Below, one piece after another: positions 60,641 to 64,000 of a stretch of 64,000 nt of DNA. The notes below the pieces were generated by a model. The model ran no database searches, was not told where the DNA came from, and saw only the letters and a list, made by a program, of their open reading frames with translations. Each line of letters starts with the position of its first letter. The first letter of the stretch is position 1. Origin of the DNA: Takakia lepidozioides (lineage: Eukaryota; Plantae; Bryophyta); NCBI GenBank assembly GCA_030704615.1, contig CM060733.1, positions 68,014,001 to 68,078,000 of the forward strand, given 5' to 3'. Made by a program: the position numbers and the translations under genes.

Positions 60641-63600
60641 GCACCAGGTGACGACTTGCAAAAATCATGGATCATCAACGGACTTCGTCCTGAATATATA
60701 ACCATGGTTACAGTCATGCCTAACAACACTTTGGCTGAAGCAGTAGGAACTGCAAAGAAATTGGAAATGGGATTTCATCAGAGCAAAAGTAAAGACTCCA
60801 AGGATCCCTTGGAAGAAGAAGACTCTGATGATGAAGAAAAACCCAAGAAAAGAAAGAAAGAAGTGATTGACAAAACCACTTTGGATCAGAAGATAGCAGA
60901 GGCTATCAAGATTTTAAAGATGAAGGGCCACGAAAGGCAACATGGTGTCACAAATGCGGGACTGTAGGACACTTGGCAACAAAATGCCACATGAAAGACA
61001 AATACTGTGATATTTGTCATATGAACAATCATAATACCAGCCATTATATTTACAATCAACGGGCCAAGAAGAGTGGGTACATACGAGAGGTGGGGGTACA
61101 CCAAGTCCAAGTCCGACGGGGAGGATCGGATGGACCAAGACGATACAATATGGGTAATCGTTATCAGAGGCCACGAGATGACTATCCACCACGGGATAGA
61201 GAACATCAACCCAGAAACAAGGAAATCACGAGATGTCACTATTGCAAGAAAGAGGGACACTGGAAACATGAATGCCAGTTGCAAATCAAGCATGAGGCAG
61301 AATTGGGAAATATGGAAGCCGGACCAAGTGTAGCCGTGAGTGTGGTAACTCCTTAAGTGGATACCCTTGCGGCCTCAGGCCAAGAAACAGAAACCTCCAG
61401 ATAAGGAGATTGAAAAAGAATGAAAACAATATCCAGAAAGTGCAGCATGGTAGAAAGAAAAGAGCTTACACCAGGAGGTAAGCAAAGCCATAGCTCAAAT
61501 GCAAGAAGGAACCCATATACCTTCTAGAGAGCCAATTCCAGATAATCAAATCAGACCAACGACGAAGACGACGAACGCAACCACGGAAACAGAATTGGCT
61601 GAAGTAATCTGCTAGACCAAGACCCAAATTACCATTGGACAATTATTAAAAATTGCTCCACACTACAAGAAAACTTATTTCGGGCAATTGAGGCATTGAC
61701 CCCCACACCAAAAACAAAAACCAACACTAGAAGTTTACACGATTAAACCCACAGCTATACAACAAACTCCAGACTACGACGAAGCAATACCAGTAATACA
61801 AGTACGTATTGGACGGAAGCTGGTAACGGATGTACTCATCGATGGAGGATCCGGAGTGAATATCATGACAGAGAGGATGAAGAAGTCACTAGGATTGGGG
61901 CACATGGAACCTGCTCCATTCATGGTACGAATGGCCGATCAACGAAAAGTGCTGCCATTGGGTATCATGAGACGACTTGCAATGGAAGTAGCAGGACTGG
62001 TATACGAAGTATCAGTAACCATTCTCAGAATGGAGGATGTGGCAGAAGGATATTCGCTACTACTTGGCCGATCATGGTTAACACAAGCCCAATCACACCA
62101 CGATTGGGGAAATCAGACTCTCACGATCAAAAAGGGATCAGAACAAGTCATTATCACTACGAAGCAACGAGGTACCATTCCACGAGATAAACGACCTTGC
62201 ATAGTGGAAAAGTATGACTGGTCCAGTGGACTATCGGATGAAGAAGAAGTCACGGTATATGCAGCACATCCACAGTTGGAACCCATTGGTCAATTAGTGG
62301 TCAAACATACCACAACAGTAGGATGTCACATGGTGAACACCCAAAGAGAACCAAATACTCCAAGAATGGAAGATCCTGAGGAAGAAGCTATGGACACACC
62401 TCAACACCCTGCCCGTTTTTATCAAGAAAGAGAAGAGGACATTAAAATCAGTGAAGTACCTGCCACGATTGCAACCATCGGACAGGAGATTGCAGGATGG
62501 ACAGTAACGGAAGAAACTCAATTGATTCAAGTGAATCTGGGAACAGTGAACCACGGATAATACGAGTAAGTGCAGGTCTCAAAGAATCATTTCTACAAGA
62601 AGCCACTGCATTATTCATTGAATACAAGGATGTATTTTCCTGGAACTACAAAGATTTGAAGGGTATACCTTCCAACATCTGTCAACACCGAATTGAATTG
62701 GACGTTGACACAAAACCAATTTGTCAGAACCGTTACAGAATGAACCCCAACTATGCAGCTAAAGTTTGGGAAGAAATCAAGAAATTACTGGATGCAGGAT
62801 TCATATACCCAGTAGAGACACCACAATGGTTATCACCCATTGTGATAGTACCCAAGAAGAATGGAAAATTACGAGTATGTGTGGACTACCGCAAATTAAA
62901 CGCAGGAACCAAGAAAGATTCCTTTCCATTACCTTTCACAGAGATAGTGTTGGACACATTGGCAGGACATGAGATATACTCATTCATGGATGGGTTCAGT
63001 GGATACAACCAAGTGTAGATGGCAGAAGAAGACCGAGAAAAGACCGCATTCATCACTGAATGGGGAGCCTATGCTTACAAAGTCATGCCATTTGGACTTT
63101 GCAATGCACCAGCCACGTTTCAGCGAGCAGTATCTGAGATATTCAAGAATTATCTCAACGATTTTATACAGGTATTTTTGGATGATTTCAGTGTCTTCGG
63201 ACAGAAATCCAAACACTTGGCACAGTTAAAACTTTGCCTACACGCCTGCAGAAACAATGGAGTAAGTCTCAATCCGGAAAAATGTACATTTTGTGTGAAT
63301 TCAGGATTACTGTTGGGGGACATTGTGTGCCAACGGGGAATTCTGGTGGATCCAAAGAAAGTGGTTGTTATCCAGAAAATACCACCACCAGAAAATCCCA
63401 AGAAACTCAAGAGATTTCTGGGACAAACAAGTTATTACAGAAGGTACATGGCCAAATATGCTCACAGAGTGGCACCAGTCTATAGACTACTAAAGAAAGA
63501 TGCCGAATACCGATGGTCTCCAGCTTGCCAGGAATCATTTGATTCACTAAAAAGGGCACTCACAGTAGCACCAATTTTAATAAATCCAAGATGGGATCTA

Positions 63601-64000
63601 CCATTTCATGTACACAGTGATGCATCAGGCATTGCTTTGGGGGCAGTTCTGGCCTAGAATGTGACAGGCATAATAGATTCACCAATCTATTATGCAAGCA
63701 GATTGCTGACAGCAGCTGAGAAGAACTATAACACCACGGAAAGGGAAGCATTGGCAATGATTTATGTTGTTCAAAAGTTTCGGCATTATTTACTGGGCAA
63801 TCGCTTTAAGTTTATTGTTGATCATCAGGCTCTAGTTCATTTAGCAAGTCGACCACTAGCTAGTGGTAGGGTTGCTCGATGGTTATTACTTCTTCATGAG
63901 TATGATTTTGAAGTTGTTCATAAACCAGGAAGATTACATGTTACAGCAGATCATCTGTCAAGAAATACTACAGGAGAACCAGCCACAGGAGTAGAGGATC
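60641..64000 (+). mobile_element. Decayed Ty3/gypsy gag-pol (gag, zinc knuckle, protease, RT, RNase H); runs off the window
   Basis: 'CHYCKKEGHWKHEC'; 'VLIDGGSGVNIM' at about 61830; 'LRVCVDYRKLN', 'MPFGLCNAPATFQR', 'FLDD'; RNase H 'HSDASGIALGAVL'. In-frame stops at 63018 and 63657. Confidence 0.95.

Overview
Eukaryotic, transposon-dense DNA, very likely from a land plant. A PLS-class PPR remnant and spliceosomal introns suggest a bryophyte, lycophyte or fern, but that is inference. No intact host gene is visible, and there is an assembly gap at 25741-26240. The main object is a family of large DNA transposons, present as 5 copies or fragments. The most complete copy (35853-50566, 14.7 kb) has a 6-bp target-site duplication TTATTT, and its empty site survives in a duplicated segment at 56509-56514. 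It encodes (i) a spliced Mutator-like DDE transposase with a GCM-like N-terminal domain and a C-terminal SWIM finger, (ii) a divergently transcribed multi-exon gene fusing a ParB-like domain (DGNHR) to a beta-class N6/N4 DNA-methyltransferase-like domain with an atypical DIPD motif, and (iii) a third, unknown gene. Its non-coding DNA is filled with 22-bp palindromes (GGAAA-N3-GGYRCC-N3-TTTCC). Their spacings fall close to whole helical turns (32-33, 53, 72-74, 84-85, 95-96 bp), and the variable triplet differs between subfamilies. Deleted derivatives (12182-18310 with TSD TTTAAC, and 19999-gap) lose the genes but keep the ends and arrays. The rest of the window comprises LINE remnants, a PPR pseudogene, a minisatellite, two Ty3/gypsy segments, a Penelope-like retroelement between about 1.7-kb direct repeats, and the right half of a CACTA element. 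All domain calls come from motif recognition by eye and need HMM or structure confirmation.
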